Shown: positions 8,231 to 18,924 of the stretch, piece after piece
Numbering within the stretch: the first letter of the stretch is position 1
How the letters are laid out: each line of letters begins with the position of its first letter
Origin: Candidatus Latescibacterota bacterium
GTDB lineage: Bacteria; Latescibacterota; UBA2968; UBA8231
Length of the DNA stretch: 64,000 nucleotides
Direction: 5' to 3'
NCBI GenBank assembly: GCA_965248355.1
Contig: OZ252098.1
Location: forward strand, 1,344,001 to 1,408,000
Position numbers and translations under genes: made by a program
The notes under the pieces: model-generated
Database searches by the model: none
The model's input: the letters and a program-made list of their open reading frames with translations, nothing else
What the model was told of the DNA's origin: nothing

Positions 8231-10981
8231 TCAGCGCAGCACCACCAGCCGCCGGCGCAGGTAGAGGCCGCCCACGGCGAACTCGTAGTAGTAGAGACCG
8301 CTGGCCGCCTCGAGGCCGGCGTCGTCGCGGCCGTCCCACTCGACCTGGTACACGCCCGGCGCGGCCTCCTGACGCATCAGGCGCCGCACGAGCCCCCCGA
8401 GCAGGTTGCGCACCTCCAGGGTCATGAGACCGCTGCCGCCCAGGGAGGCCGGCAGCGGAGGGACACTGAACTCGATCACCGTGCCGGCGGCGAAGGGGTT
8501 CGGGTAGTTCTGGGCCAGCTCGAACTCGACGGGTATGCGCGGGTCGTGGTTGAGGAAGGGGGTCCAGTCCACCGGCCCGGTCATGCCCGCGGCGATCTCC
8601 CCGGCCTCCCCCGTCCCCCACCAGTTGCGCTTCGCGTCGATCCGGTGCGGGGTGGTGTTGACCACCAGGACCCGGGGCTCGACGACGCTGTTGAGCAGAA
8701 GGGAAACCGGCACCGGAAAGCCCTCCACGGCGAGCACCGTGTCGACCTGGACGAAGCGGTTGCGCAGGATCCGCGGCGCGGCGCTGCGGGACCTCGCGGC
8801 CAGCCGGTAGCCGGACAGGGAATTCCCTTCCAGCACCACGAGCCCGCTGTGTCGAAAATGGACGCCGACGCCCGATCCGGTGAAGCGGTTGCCCTCCACC
8901 GTGCCCCAGGCGCCGTCTCCCATGAGCAGGTCGGCCCCTCCCGCACCCTCGCCGTTGCCCCGCAGATCCGAACCGGTCAGGAAGAGGGCGCCGCCCTCGC
9001 GCACGAGCCCGTAGCCGGCGCAGTCCCGCACGGCGAGGGCGTCGGCCTCGACCGCGGCGCCGCCGAGGATGACGATCCCGGCGCCGCCGGCGCCGGTCAC
9101 CTCCACGGCGTGCAGGCGGACCCGGCCCTCGGCGGATTCCAGGCGCAGACCCGTGCCCGCCACCTCCCGCACCGTGACCCGCCACAGCTCCTGGTCGGCA
9201 GACGACCCCTGGATGGTCAGCCCGTCGGTGGCGTGCTCGATGACGGCCCCGTTCAGCCGCAGGCGGGCCGGGATCGAGACCTGGATCCCGACCCAGTCCC
9301 CCGGCGCCGGTTCCGGGGCCGCGGAGGTGAAGAGCACGGGGGCCGAGGTGGTCACCGTGCCGTCGAAGACGATCTCCCCCCGGTCGGCGTCGGTCCCGCT
9401 CCGCAGGCCGTCCGGCCCGACGAGGACGACGGTGCCGGCCTCGATATGCAGGTCGGACCCCGCCAGGATGCGGACGTCGCCGACGATCTCGATCGTGTCC
9501 CGCCACACCGGCTCGTGGACCAGCCCCGCCCGCCTCGGGTCTTCCACTGTCAGGTCGGCGGCGAAGCCGTCGCCCGTGGGCCGGATGCCGTTGACGTTCA
9601 CCCGGTTCAGGGCCGGATTGGTCAGCGGCGAGAGCTCCGTGAAGCGGATCCCGTCGAAGGGGTCGGTGGCGTCGCCCAGGTTGCCGGCGTGCTTCTCGGC
9701 GTACTCTTCGTCGAGGGACCAGTAGTCGAGGTTGTCCAGTCCCCGGGACGGCGAGGCGAGGGCGCCGAGGGGAAACCCGGCGTCGGTGTAGCGTCCGTCG
9801 GCGCAGACCAGATCCACGAGCTTGTGCCCCTCCAGGTCGTTGCCGCCGGCCGTTTCCCGGATGTGCCAGATCAGCACCCCGCTCGCCGGCAGGTCGCGGT
9901 CGTAGTGGCTGCCCTCGTCGCTGCGATGCTCGACGAGGAGGTACTCCCTCTCGCCGAGGGGCATCTCGTAGACCTGGCCGCCCCGGTTCACGTCGATCAG
10001 CGGCGCCCCGTCGATCGACCCGGTCACCAGCACGAGGCGCTCGTTGTTCACGCCCAGCCACCCGAGCTTCCTGAGGCTCCAGGCGCAGAACGGGTTGGGT
10101 CCGCGGCCGTTGTCGTTCCATCCCCTGGCGCCGTGGCCCATCAGCCCCCAGTAGCCGATCCCCGCCGAGTGCCGGTCCTGGTCTTCTTCGGGGGAGTGGC
10201 GCCTGGCGTCGAGGTCGTAGAGGTCGGGAAGGCCGAAGAGGTGTCCGATCTCGTGGGCGATGATGCCGGCCGCCTCGCCGAAGCTGCGCCCGCGCTGCAG
10301 GGTCCCGCCGCGGTCGGAATCGGCGCGGATCCGGATGGGGAGCCCGGAGGACCTGCCCACGTCCGAGGTCCGGAAGTGCGTGAGGAGCCCGAGGCTGGCC
10401 ACGCCGTTGGCGTCTCCCCGGATGAACCCCGTCGGCGTGGACTGCAGCACGAGGAGCACGAGGTCCACGTAGCCGTCGTCGTCGCCGGAGTCCGGCACGC
10501 CGTCCGGGCCGTCGTCGTCGAAACGGCTGAAGTCGACGCCGGGGTCGGCGGCGGCGGCGGCGAGGATCTCGCGGCTGAAGTTCCCGAAGTAGCCCTCGTC
10601 ACCCCGGGACAGGTAGGCCGCGGCCGGGCCCGCCGAGGTGTAGACCTTGCCGAGGGCCTCCCCCTCCAGCCGGAACTGTCCGCGGGACATCTCGTGGAAG
10701 AAGTGGGACAGGCTGCCCGGCCGATCGGGGTCGAAGAGGTCCCGCGCCCAGGAAGGGGCCGCCGAGGGCCCTTCCTCGTCGAGGAAGCGGGCGAAGATGA
10801 CCACGGCCCGCAGGCGGCCCTTCGAGGGCAGCGCCGCCACCGCCGCCGGACGCGCCGCCGCGTCGAAGCCGGGCCCGCGGACTTCGGCGGGAGCCGGCCC
10901 GGAGGCCAGGAGGATCCCCCCGAGCAGGAGGAGGGCGAGACGGGTGAGGGAGTTCCTGCGGGTCGGCGAGCCCGTCACCAT
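8231..10981 (-). CDS. Secreted M6 (immune inhibitor A) family metalloprotease with beta-helix region and FlgD/T9SS-like C-terminal domain
   Basis: Signal peptide; HEIGHLFGLPDLYD; WGLMGHG; QNYPNPF...WDGRDDAG..AASGLY. Confidence 0.85.
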   Translation of the reverse strand: MVTGSPTRRNSLTRLALLLLGGILLASGPAPAEVRGPGFDAAARPAAVAALPSKGRLRAVVIFARFLDEEGPSAAPSWARDLFDPDRPGSLSHFFHEMSRGQFRLEGEALGKVYTSAGPAAAYLSRGDEGYFGNFSREILAAAAADPGVDFSRFDDDGPDGVPDSGDDDGYVDLVLLVLQSTPTGFIRGDANGVASLGLLTHFRTSDVGRSSGLPIRIRADSDRGGTLQRGRSFGEAAGIIAHEIGHLFGLPDLYDLDARRHSPEEDQDRHSAGIGYWGLMGHGARGWNDNGRGPNPFCAWSLRKLGWLGVNNERLVLVTGSIDGAPLIDVNRGGQVYEMPLGEREYLLVEHRSDEGSHYDRDLPASGVLIWHIRETAGGNDLEGHKLVDLVCADGRYTDAGFPLGALASPSRGLDNLDYWSLDEEYAEKHAGNLGDATDPFDGIRFTELSPLTNPALNRVNVNGIRPTGDGFAADLTVEDPRRAGLVHEPVWRDTIEIVGDVRILAGSDLHIEAGTVVLVGPDGLRSGTDADRGEIVFDGTVTTSAPVLFTSAAPEPAPGDWVGIQVSIPARLRLNGAVIEHATDGLTIQGSSADQELWRVTVREVAGTGLRLESAEGRVRLHAVEVTGAGGAGIVILGGAAVEADALAVRDCAGYGLVREGGALFLTGSDLRGNGEGAGGADLLMGDGAWGTVEGNRFTGSGVGVHFRHSGLVVLEGNSLSGYRLAARSRSAAPRILRNRFVQVDTVLAVEGFPVPVSLLLNSVVEPRVLVVNTTPHRIDAKRNWWGTGEAGEIAAGMTGPVDWTPFLNHDPRIPVEFELAQNYPNPFAAGTVIEFSVPPLPASLGGSGLMTLEVRNLLGGLVRRLMRQEAAPGVYQVEWDGRDDAGLEAASGLYYYEFAVGGLYLRRRLVVLR

Positions 10982-13672
10982 GGGTCAGGCGGCGGGGCTC
11001 GCGTAGTATGGGGAGGGCACCGAAGGATAGGCGCGGTACAGGTGCCGATACACCTCCTCGGCCCTGCAGTCGACATCGGCCTCGGAGTAGACGCGGGGCA
11101 GCCCGGTCTCGTCGCTCCAGAGGAAGTCGCGGACCTCGACCTTGACGGCCGCCCGGGTCGCTTCCCTCTCGCGCCACCGGTCGATGCGCAGCTTCTCCGC
11201 CTTCAACCTCTCCAGCAGCTCTTTCGAGACCTCCTTGACTCGCTCGCTTTCGTGGGGCCGCAACTCCGGTTTCTTCAGCAAGTCGAAGATGGCCAGTTCT
11301 TCCTCGTCCAACCTTTCCAGGACAGCCCGCTGCTCCTCCTGGCTCAGCTTCTGCACGAACTCCAGCAACTCATCGAAGGTCTGCTCGATGGCCACGCGGT
11401 CCTTCTCGCGGTTGTACCTGTCGACGATCTCCTCGTAGTGCTTCTGCAGATCGGTGCGCAAGGGGTTCCGCTCCAGCAGGCGCCGGAGCCTCTGCTCCAC
11501 GGCGTCCTTGAGGGCCTGCACCGTGGTGCTCCTGGCGGGACTGCGCTCGAATTCCCGCTTGAGCCGGTCGAAGTCGATCCCGCTGATGTCCAAGGGGTCC
11601 ATCGGCCCCTCGCCCACTCCCGGCTGCACGTCGATGGCCTCGTCCACCACCTCCTGCAGGGCCCGCAGGATGCCGCTGATGTCGGCCTGCTCGAGGTCCT
11701 GCTGCAGGCTCCGGTAGATCACGTCCACGGCGTCGCGGTCCTCCCGATGGGCGTTGACCTCCTGAAGACCTCGCGGCACATCACCTCGAAGCGTTTCCGG
11801 GTCTGGTCGCTCCTGTTGGCCGCTTCCTTGCAGGCCACGATGGCGGCGTTGCGCTCGAAGCCCGCCGCGTCGATCACGCCGTCCAGCGGGGCCCTGCGCT
11901 TGTCGAGAAAGGCCCGCACGAGACCGATCGCCTCGGCGAGGCCCCCGAGCAACTCCTCGTCCGGTTTCACCGGGCCGATTTCCCCGCCGCCTCCGCCCGT
12001 GCCGCCGTCCGGTGTACCGGCAAAGGTCGCCAGGGCCCTGCGCAAGTGCCTGAGGATGCCGCAGTAGTCGATGACCAGGCCGTTGTTCTTGCCCTCGTGG
12101 ACCCGGTTGGCGCGGGCGACAGCCTGCATGAGGGTGTGGGCCTTGAGTGGCTTGTCGAGGTAGAGGGTGGAGAGGCTGGGCACGTCGAAGCCGGTCAGCC
12201 ACATGGCGCAGACCATGGCGATGCGGAAGGGATGCTCCTCCTCCTTGAAGGCATCGTCCACCGCCATCCGCTGCATGTTGCGGAATCGCGGCCTGCGGCG
12301 CATCGACTCGGGCAGGTCGAGGCCTTCCTTGATCAGCCTGCGGTGCGGCGTGATGTCCAGATCCCACTTGCGGAACTTGCCCACCTCCCCCTGCTCCTCG
12401 CTGACCACGACCGCCATGCGGGTTTCCCGCATCCACTCGATCCGCCGGGCGAGATGGCTCTCCTCCTGCTCGTCCTCCGTCCGCGACTTTGCCCGCTCCA
12501 ACTCCTCGACCCGCTCCTTCCAGTAGCGCTCGATCAGGGCGTGCATGCGCACGCAGGTGACCTTGTCGATGCAGACCACCATCGCCTTGCCGGTCTCCCA
12601 TGCCGCCGAGTAGTGGCGCACGAAGTCGCGCGCCACCTGGTCGAGCCGTCTCTCCGCGGTGATGACGTGACAGTCGCGCTTCAGATCCTGCTCCAGGCGC
12701 TGCTGCACGTCGATGGCCTCGATGGCCAGCTCATCCAGCTTGTCGGCGAGACGCTCGTTCAGGTCGCCGATGGCGAGGCCCAGCCGGTCGCCCCGGGCCT
12801 CGTAGTACAGGGGTACGGTGGCCTCATCCTCCACGGCCCGCTGGAAGTCGTAGGTCGAGACGTACTCGCCGAAGACGCGTCTCGTAATCTCGTCCTCCGT
12901 GAACAGCGGCGTGCCCGTAAAGCCGATGTAACTCGCCTCGGGCAGGGCGTTGCGCATGTTGAGCGCCAGGGAGCCGTACTGTGTGCGGTGGGCCTCGTCG
13001 GTGATGACGACGATATCGCCGCGCCGGGTGTAGGCGGCGGCGGGATCCACGTTGAATTTCTGGATCAGTGAGAAGACGTGGGACTTGTGCTCGGCCAGCA
13101 GCCGGCCGAGGTGCTCTCCACTCGACGCGCGGCAGGGGTCGCGGTCGTGGTCCACCACCCCGCAGCCGGCGAAGGTCTTGTAGATCTGCCCGTCGAGATC
13201 GTCGCGGTCGGTGAGCACGAGGAAGGTGAACTGGCCGCCTACCTTGCGGTGCACCTTGCGCGTGAACATCACCATGGAGTAGCTCTTGCCCGCCCCCTGG
13301 GTGTGCCAGAAAACGCCGAGCCGCCCCTGCCGGTCGCGACGGTCCCGCACCGCCGCGACCGCCCGGTTCACGCCGAGGAACTGGTGATTTCGGGCCAGGA
13401 TCTTCCGCGTCTCCCCGGCCGAGTCGTCGAAGAGAATGAAGTTCTCCACCAGGTCCATGAAGTTGCGTTTGCCGCAGACCCCCTTGAGCAAGGTCTCCAT
13501 GTCGACCGCGCCCGGGGAAGTGTACCCCGTCAACTGGACAGGAATTGGGCTTGTACAAGCGAGAGTCTCGAGATGTAATGGAGCCGTACTGCGCCCCGGC
13601 GCTGGGACCGAAGCCCCGCCTCCCGGACTTGCACCCAGGCCGGGCCACCGAGGCCGTGAGGAGCCCCCGCGC

Positions 13673-14500
13673 TCAGGCCGCCCGGTGGTAGACATCGCTG
13701 GGGGTCTCGTAGTCGAAGGCCTGGTGCGGCCGCTCGAGGTTGTAGAAGCGGAAGTAGGCCGCCACGCCCTCGATCAACTCGGGGACGCTGTCGTAGGCCT
13801 TCAGGTAGATGTCCTCGTACTTCAGGGAGCGCCACAGCCGCTCGATGAAGATGTTGTCCAGCACCCGGCCGCGGCCGTCCATGCTCACCCGGGCCCCGGC
13901 CGCCTCGACCCGCCCGGTGAAGGCGGTGCTGGTGAACTGGGCCCCCTGGTCGGTGTTGAAGATCTCCGGCCGCCCCTGGCTCAGGGCTTCCTCCAGGGCC
14001 TCCAGGCAGAAGGCCGCGTCGAGGGTGTTGGAGACCCGCCAGGCCAGCACGTAGCGGCTGAACCAGTCCATGACCGCCACCAGGTAGACGAAGCCGGAGG
14101 GCATCGGCAGATGGGTGATGTCGCTGCACCACACCTGGTCCGGCCGGTTCACGGTCACCCCTCGCAGCAGATACGGATAGACCCGGTGCTGAGGGTTGGG
14201 GGTGGTCGGTCGCGGCCGGGGATAGATCGCCTGCAGGCCCAGGGCCTTCATCAGGCGGTGCACGCGCTTGGGATTGACCGGGTAGCCGTCCCGCCTCAGG
14301 GCCGCGCAGATCCGGCGCACGCCGTAGACCGGGTGCTCGGTGTAGATCCGGTCGATGGCGTTCATCAGGTCGAGGGTGAGCCGATCCGGCGCCTCCGGGC
14401 GGTAGTAGAAACTGGAGCGGGCCAGCCCGAGCAGTTGGCACTGCCGATGCACGCTCAGCGGGCCGGGGTGCGGCTCGATGAGGGCGCGGCGCTCAGCCAC
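13673..14500 (-). CDS. IS3 transposase OrfB (DDE)
   Basis: [37 protein letters not shown]. Confidence 0.92.
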   Translation of the reverse strand: MAERRALIEPHPGPLSVHRQCQLLGLARSSFYYRPEAPDRLTLDLMNAIDRIYTEHPVYGVRRICAALRRDGYPVNPKRVHRLMKALGLQAIYPRPRPTTPNPQHRVYPYLLRGVTVNRPDQVWCSDITHLPMPSGFVYLVAVMDWFSRYVLAWRVSNTLDAAFCLEALEEALSQGRPEIFNTDQGAQFTSTAFTGRVEAAGARVSMDGRGRVLDNIFIERLWRSLKYEDIYLKAYDSVPELIEGVAAYFRFYNLERPHQAFDYETPSDVYHRAA

Positions 14501-14786
14501 CGAGAGCCTCGTGTTTTTTTTGAAGCCACTCCAGTTCCATCTGCAGCCGCCCGATCTGCTGGTAGAGCTCGGGCACCAAGGCGGCCTCGTCGTCGGCCCG
14601 GCGGGTCCCGGGGCCCCGGAAGACCTCGGGCAGCCGCTCCAGCAACTGCTTCTTCCAGCCGTGGATCTGGCTGGGGTGGACGGAGAACTTGTGGGCCAGC
14701 TCGTTGACCGTCTGCCGTTCGCGCAGAGCCTCCAAGGCCACCTTGGCCTTGAACTGCGCCGAATGCGTCTTGCGTTTCCTCGTCAT
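14493..14786 (-). CDS. IS3 transposase OrfA (HTH), with an A8 slippery site for -1 frameshifting
   Basis: [13 protein letters not shown]...[19 protein letters not shown]8 at 14514-14521 on the + strand. Confidence 0.9.
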   Translation of the reverse strand: MTRKRKTHSAQFKAKVALEALRERQTVNELAHKFSVHPSQIHGWKKQLLERLPEVFRGPGTRRADDEAALVPELYQQIGRLQMELEWLQKKHEALGG

Positions 14787-15546
14787 CCAAGCCCCTCCGG
14801 ACAGTGGGTCGGTGGACGCAAAGTCTCGCTTAGCCACCTGTCCAGGATTTGGGGTACACTACCCGGCTCCTCCTCGGCCAGGCGCTTCCACTCGTGGAAG
14901 TGCTCCCACCGGCTGGTGATGGAGCCGATCTTCGCCTTCTCGCCGTTGGCGAACATCACCACCGCGTTGTGGTGGAAGAGGTGAGGAATGGTGTCCCTGT
15001 AGTCGGAGTAGTTGTTCTCGAAGGCGGACCTCAGGTCGCGGTGGATGTTCTTGCACTCGATGAACAGCAGTGGCAGGCCGTTGACGAAGCCGACGATGTC
15101 GGCGCGGCGGCGGTAGAGGTCCCCCTTCACCCACAACTCGCGCACGCACAGGAAGTGGTTGTTGGCCGGCTCGTCGAAGTCGAACAGGCGCAGGAGGCGC
15201 GACTCCCGCTCTCCCCGGTCGTTGGTGAAGGCGACCCGCACGCCGTCGCGCATCAGGGCGTACTTCTCACGGTTGGCGGAGACGGGAGTTTGGGAGGCGG
15301 AGACAGCGGTGATCTGCCGCACCGCGTCGTCGTACGCGGCATCCGGCAGACGCGGGTTCAACTCAGCCAGCTTCGCGCGCAGCGGGCGCTCGAGCACCAC
15401 GTCGCGGTCCGAGGCTCGCCCGAGGAGGCTCTCCGGCCCGAAGTCCTCGCGGTTGTACGCGTAGACCGACTCCCACTCAAGTTGCTGCTCCAGGTAGTCG
15501 GCGGCGGTCTGCTGAACGAGGGTGTCCTCGGTGTAGGGGGCAGGGG

Positions 15547-16689
15547 TCAACCCGGCTCTCTGTCCAACTCCGCCAGCAGTTCCCTGCCCTTGGCGGTCAG
15601 GCGGTACTTCTGCTTGCTGCTGCGGGGCTTGTCGGGGATGGTCATCTCCAGCAACCCTTCCTCCAGCAAGGGCCTGAGCACTTGGTGCCTGAACTTGGTG
15701 CGGTCACTCTTCCCGGCCAGCTCCATCAACTCCCCTATAGGCCTCTCGAACAAGGAGTTACGGAGGATCTGGACTTGGTGCCGACTTGGTGCCAAGCCGG
15801 TCCTGACCTGGGCCCCAACCTCTGCGGCCGGGCGACTGAAAGTCGTGGTCACCTAGTGCTCGGAGACCTCGATGACCGGCGCCGCCACCCCGTGGTCCCG
15901 GCAGAGCTCCCGGATCCGCCGGATGCCCGAGCCGATCTTCTCCACCGCCTCCATCCGATGCAGCATCCCGAAGAGCAGCGGGTTTCGCGGAACGCTCTTC
16001 ACGCCCAGGTCCGCTTCCGTCATACCGGCGGGCAGTCCGCCCGGGCTGACGATCTCGATCCGGTCCTTGAAGACGTACACCTGGACATTGGCGGTGGAGC
16101 GGTAGTCGCGGTGGGCAAGGGCATTGACCACGGCTTCCCGGATGGCCTCCTCCGGCAGCTCGGGCCGTTCCTCCCGTCGCACGTGCTTGATGATGTACTC
16201 GACGTTGATCTTGGAGAGGATCCACGCCACCACCTCGTCGATCTGGGAATAGACATCGCCGTGGAAGTCCCGGCGGTCCAGGATGCGCACCTTGTCCGTA
16301 CCCATGAACAGCGCACAGGCCACGTCGCCGCTGATTCGGAACTTGCGCACGTCCCGGGCCAGCAGCCAGGCCCCGGCCTGGGTCATGCAGCCGTCCTCCC
16401 CCATCAGGTGCAGGTTGCGCAGGGCGATTTCGGTGGTCATGCTCTCGGGAATCTTCGCCCGGCGGCAGAAGAGCGCCCAGCCGGCTTCATCCAGATCCTC
16501 TTCCAGCGAGAACGCCGGACAAGGGGTCTCGTCGAAGTAGATCAACCCCTCGGCGTAGAACAGCTCGCGAATCTCCTCGCGCGACAACTGCTGGCTGCTC
16601 GCCCCCTCCCGCATGAAGAACTTGCCGCCGAAGGAATAGGGCTTGTTGTGCTGGACGGGGCCCATGGCGCTCAGGGAGCGAAGAGCCAT
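15547..16689 (-). pseudogene. AlbA_2/Schlafen + HATPase_c_4 (RecG-C-like) + HTH protein; N-terminally truncated, with an internal stop at 15853-55
   Basis: AIREAVVNALAHRDY, IVSPGGLP, EKIGSGIRR; in-frame TAG in EH*VTTTF; C-terminal MTIPDKPRSSKQKYRLT. Confidence 0.8.
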
Positions 16690-16934
16690 TCAACTGTTGA
16701 TTCCTTCAGACCGTCAAGATTTGCTTCCGCTCGACTCCAGTCGGCAAAACGATAGCGCTTTCGAATCTCGGCTCCCGACTTGTCCTCAGGGTGCCAGTCC
16801 AAGATCCTGATTGGAGTCTTCTTCCTACCTTGAAACTCAAGTTCCGGCTGGTAGTTTACGTAGTTTGAAAAGACACGGTAGAGGGCCTGTCGCGCATATT
16901 CGTCGTACGTCGGTAGTGAATAACCAACAACACA
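16671..16934 (-). pseudogene. Orphan C-terminal fragment of a probable SIR2-like (SIR2_2) protein
   Basis: VVGYSLPTYDEY motif; AT-richer segment joined directly to the hsdM stub. Confidence 0.45.
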
Positions 16935-17119
16935 GTCGGCAGGCTGGCTTCGACCTTGTCCTTGACCGCCAGGTAACGGCTGTAGGCGTGGCGCAGGAAG
17001 ACCAGCCCCATGACCGGCAGGAAGTACTCGTTGCTGGCATACTCGGAGTTGGCCCGGAGCGTGTCCGCCGCGCTCCAGAGGCGCCTCTCGATGGCGCCGA
17101 TGTGCTCGAGTTGGGCCAT
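16934..17119 (-). pseudogene. hsdM: Type I methyltransferase HsdM, N-terminal ~60 aa only
   Basis: IERRLWSAADTLRANSEYASNEYFLPVMGLVFLR, then abrupt loss of similarity. Confidence 0.85.
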
Positions 17120-17647
17120 GCGTCGAAATTAGGCTTCCCACCGCACCCAGGCCAAGTACTGCTGCGGACTCGGGTACCCCCGGCTACCCCTCGGACCCTC
17201 TCCCGAGACGGCCGCCTCCCCAGGAGGCGGGGGTTTTCCATCCCGCGAGCTCGCCGCCCGCCCTCGGCCCCTGCAGACCCCGGACCCGATCCAATAGGAC
17301 CGGCCATAAGTCCTTCCCGATCTCTCCATCCCGTACCGCCTTGCCGCCGGGTGGCTCGCCACCCTGATCCTTCTCGCCGCGGCCCCGGCGTCGGCGCAGA
17401 TGCCCTGGGGATGCGCGTGGGCCTGCCCAACACCACCAGCTCCGACCTCTTCGCCAACGCCGCCCTGCCCCTCGGGACCGAGATCCGCGGCGGCATCACC
17501 ACCCCGGCCCCCATCGCCGAGGCCGGCTTCGAGATCTTCGACCGCAAGAGCGGTCGCGCATCCTCACGGCCCGGCCGAAGAGCAAGATCCTGCTCCGGGC
17601 CGCCTGCACGTGCACCTGCGCATCCGGTTCTGAGGCCGTCAACCCAC

Positions 17648-17696
17648 AAAAAACGCCGGTACTGGTCCGGAGCGATCCGGCCAGTACCGGGGAAAA
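17648..17696 (-). terminator. Rho-independent terminator (possibly bidirectional)
   Basis: Long stem CCGGTACTGG.CCGGA-gcga-TCCGG-CCAGTACCGG flanked by A tracts; gives a T6 tail on the - strand. Confidence 0.75.
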
Positions 17697-17726
17697 GTGG
17701 TGTTGCGGGCCTGGAAGTGGCGCCTG

Positions 17727-18371
17727 CTAGCGGGCCCAGTTCGCCTTCAGGCCGCCCCACGTCGTTTCGGTGACTGCGGTCATGTCGTCGGAGACGCGCT
17801 GGAACTGCGTGGTCTCCTCTCCCCCGTCCTCGGTGGGGGCCGTGATGGTCAGGGTGTCGCCGTCGACGGACCAGGTCACATCCTCCCCGGAGAAGTCGGC
17901 GAGAAACTCCTCCTCGTCCATGCCGGCGAGGAACTCGTTGACGAAGTTCGCCTCGAAGGCCGGGTAGTCCTCGTCCGAGACCCCGGCGAAGCCCGCCGCG
18001 AAAGCGGCCAGGGCCTTGGCGACCTCGGTGAGGACCTCCCGGAAGTCGCGGCCGTCGACGAGCATCTCGAGCTCGGTGATCTCGACCTGCAGCTTGTCGC
18101 CGTCGACCTGGTAGGTGCCGGAGCCCTCGGCCGTGAACTTCTCCACGGGGATGTCCGTGGACGCGACGACGGACTGGAAGGCATCTCCCAGCGTGATCTC
18201 CTGATAGAGCTCGAAGGCGCCGCCGTCCTTGAAGGTGAGACGCACGGTGGCGTTGTTGCCCTCCTCGTCGACGAAGCCTCCCTCCCAGGTGCCGTGGAGG
18301 GCCTCGTCCTGGGCGGAGAGGGGAAGGGCGAGCAGGCAGATCATCGGGATGAAACACAGAATCCGGCGCAT
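17727..18371 (-). CDS. Secreted acidic protein with C-terminal TAVTETTWGGLK motif
   Basis: Signal peptide MRRILCFIPMICLLALPLSA; lipocalin-like GTW motif. Confidence 0.75.
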   Translation of the reverse strand: MRRILCFIPMICLLALPLSAQDEALHGTWEGGFVDEEGNNATVRLTFKDGGAFELYQEITLGDAFQSVVASTDIPVEKFTAEGSGTYQVDGDKLQVEITELEMLVDGRDFREVLTEVAKALAAFAAGFAGVSDEDYPAFEANFVNEFLAGMDEEEFLADFSGEDVTWSVDGDTLTITAPTEDGGEETTQFQRVSDDMTAVTETTWGGLKANWAR

Positions 18372-18408
18372 GTGGTACCTCCTGATTGGGATTGCGTTCA
18401 TGCGGATG

Positions 18409-18708
18409 CTACATCTGTTTCGCTTCCGCCACTTCGACGGGAGCGATGACGAGGAAGGGGCAGGACCTGGCGATCTCCACCGCCGCCTCCAGGCTGTCGG
18501 CCTTGACGACGGAGAACCCCATGAGGTTCACGCCCCCGTCCTCCGATACGCCTTCAGAGGTCACCACCTTGGAGGGCCCCAGAGGGGTGCCGGGGTTGAC
18601 CACGGCGTCGCCGAGACCGGCGATCCAGGCCATGAACTGCGCCTGATACGCCTCGGGATCTTCGGGCATCTCGCCGCCGCCGTGATAGGCTATGATGTAC
18701 TCGGCCAT
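18409..18708 (-). CDS. YciI/DGPF-like protein
   Basis: GFSVVKADSLEAAVEIARSCP. Confidence 0.75.
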   Translation of the reverse strand: MAEYIIAYHGGGEMPEDPEAYQAQFMAWIAGLGDAVVNPGTPLGPSKVVTSEGVSEDGGVNLMGFSVVKADSLEAAVEIARSCPFLVIAPVEVAEAKQM

Positions 18709-18924
18709 GGGATCTTTCCTTTGAAAGGGCCCGGGAAAATGAGCGGGGGGCGTACACGCGGCAGCGGCCGGCGACCGGGGACGGTTCTCGTCCGCCGCGC
18801 CGACAGGTCCAAGGGCAAGCCCATCGCGATCTGATCAAGGGGATATGCCAAAGGAAAGGGGTATCCCGTAAATTGTCAAAGCGATGGCCGCCGCCGTGGC
18901 CCACCCGGGACGAGGAGAGATCCC

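Larger units (their letters stand above)
13516..14863 (-). mobile_element. IS3-family insertion sequence (1348 bp) inside hsdR
   Basis: Terminal IRs GGAAGTGTACCCCgtcaaCTGGACAGG and GGTAGTGTACCCCaaatcCTGGACAGG; 3-bp TSD CGG (13513-15 and 14864-66). Confidence 0.92.
10985..15550 (-). pseudogene. hsdR: Type I restriction endonuclease subunit R, split by an IS3 insertion and frameshifted near 11760
   Basis: DIVGFVNGLPLLFIECK nuclease motif, HTQGAGKS, DEAHRTQY, MWLTGFD, QAVARANR. Removing 13516-14863 and one TSD restores EEEPG|AVDMETLLKG. The frame breaks at EVFR/EVNAHR. Confidence 0.9.

Noticed and set aside
396..12067. Very long antisense or alternative-frame ORFs (1264-4356, 4308-6455, 8102-12067, and the first 1000 aa of 1512-6401)
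   Set aside because: Shadow ORFs of GC-rich coding DNA; R/P/G/A-rich or antisense-patterned with no motifs, overlapping better-supported genes
17300..17560. Signal-peptide-like and coding-like fragments
   Set aside because: Broken frames with no recognisable family; probably debris of a deleted secreted-protein gene
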